The notes under the pieces are model-generated. The model made no database searches, was not told the DNA's origin, and saw only the letters and a list, made by a program, of their open reading frames with translations. Both the position numbers and the translations under genes were made by a program. Shown here one piece after another: positions 63,993-64,000 of a stretch of DNA of 64,000 nucleotides; the stretch's first letter is position 1, and each line of letters opens with the position of its first letter. The stretch is from an uncultured Candidatus Peribacteria bacterium (lineage in GTDB: Bacteria; Patescibacteriota; Gracilibacteria; JAUYGZ01): the NCBI GenBank assembly GCA_964352145.1, contig CAYGQA010000001.1:152617-216616 (forward strand), given 5' to 3'.

Positions 63993-64000
63993 AGCGATCT

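Noticed and set aside
1-64000. Alternative genetic code (UGA recoded, as in some candidate phyla).
   Set aside because: Conserved genes (ppdK, eno, metG, nusA, the ATPase) and ORFs of 900-1250 aa are full-length and uninterrupted under the standard code.

Overview
Gene-dense, AT-rich bacterial chromosomal segment. The standard genetic code fits, because long ORFs stay intact with no need for UGA recoding. Most genes lack a recognisable Shine-Dalgarno sequence, and several have near-consensus TTGACA-N16/17-TATAAT promoters. The lineage cannot be assigned from sequence alone. The many ORFans, a 23S-IVS-type four-helix-bundle gene and a DUF559 gene suggest an uncultivated group.

Recognisable content:
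- Ca-type P-type ATPase, DnaQ-like exonuclease, recX, nusA.
- A folate/pterin cluster: Hcy-methyltransferase-like gene, PTPS-like gene, folK, folE, pabB, pabC, folP.
- metG, murJ, dprA, tRNA-Thr(GGU), and a zur-znuBCA operon.
- trhO, acyP, thpR, nnrE, xth, a sigma-70-family factor, smpB, asnS, a TrmB-type regulator, eno, ppdK and a Dus enzyme.
- Two blocks of large ORFans, at 1-7124 and 60228-63992.

The most unusual locus is 48.6-51.75 kb on the minus strand, between asnS and smpB. It holds four tandem cassettes. Each has a nearly identical structured leader of about 115-122 nt and a conserved 3' hairpin of about 75 nt. These flank ORFs that share no visible nucleotide similarity and only a faint common N-terminal fold pattern. 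Wobble pairs that work only on the minus strand, compensatory substitutions, and an inconsistent reading frame all indicate that the conserved flanks are RNA/DNA elements rather than coding sequence. No integrase, RT, transposase or Cas gene accompanies the array.

Other points of interest:
- A candidate Met-codon leader-peptide attenuator upstream of the Hcy-methyltransferase-like gene.
- A PTPS gene with a C-E-x-x-H-G-H motif overlapping folK, with no folB in the cluster.
- A CTCACC-hairpin repeat family that brackets the DUF559 gene in inverted orientation.
- Intergenic spacers built from cryptic simple repeats.
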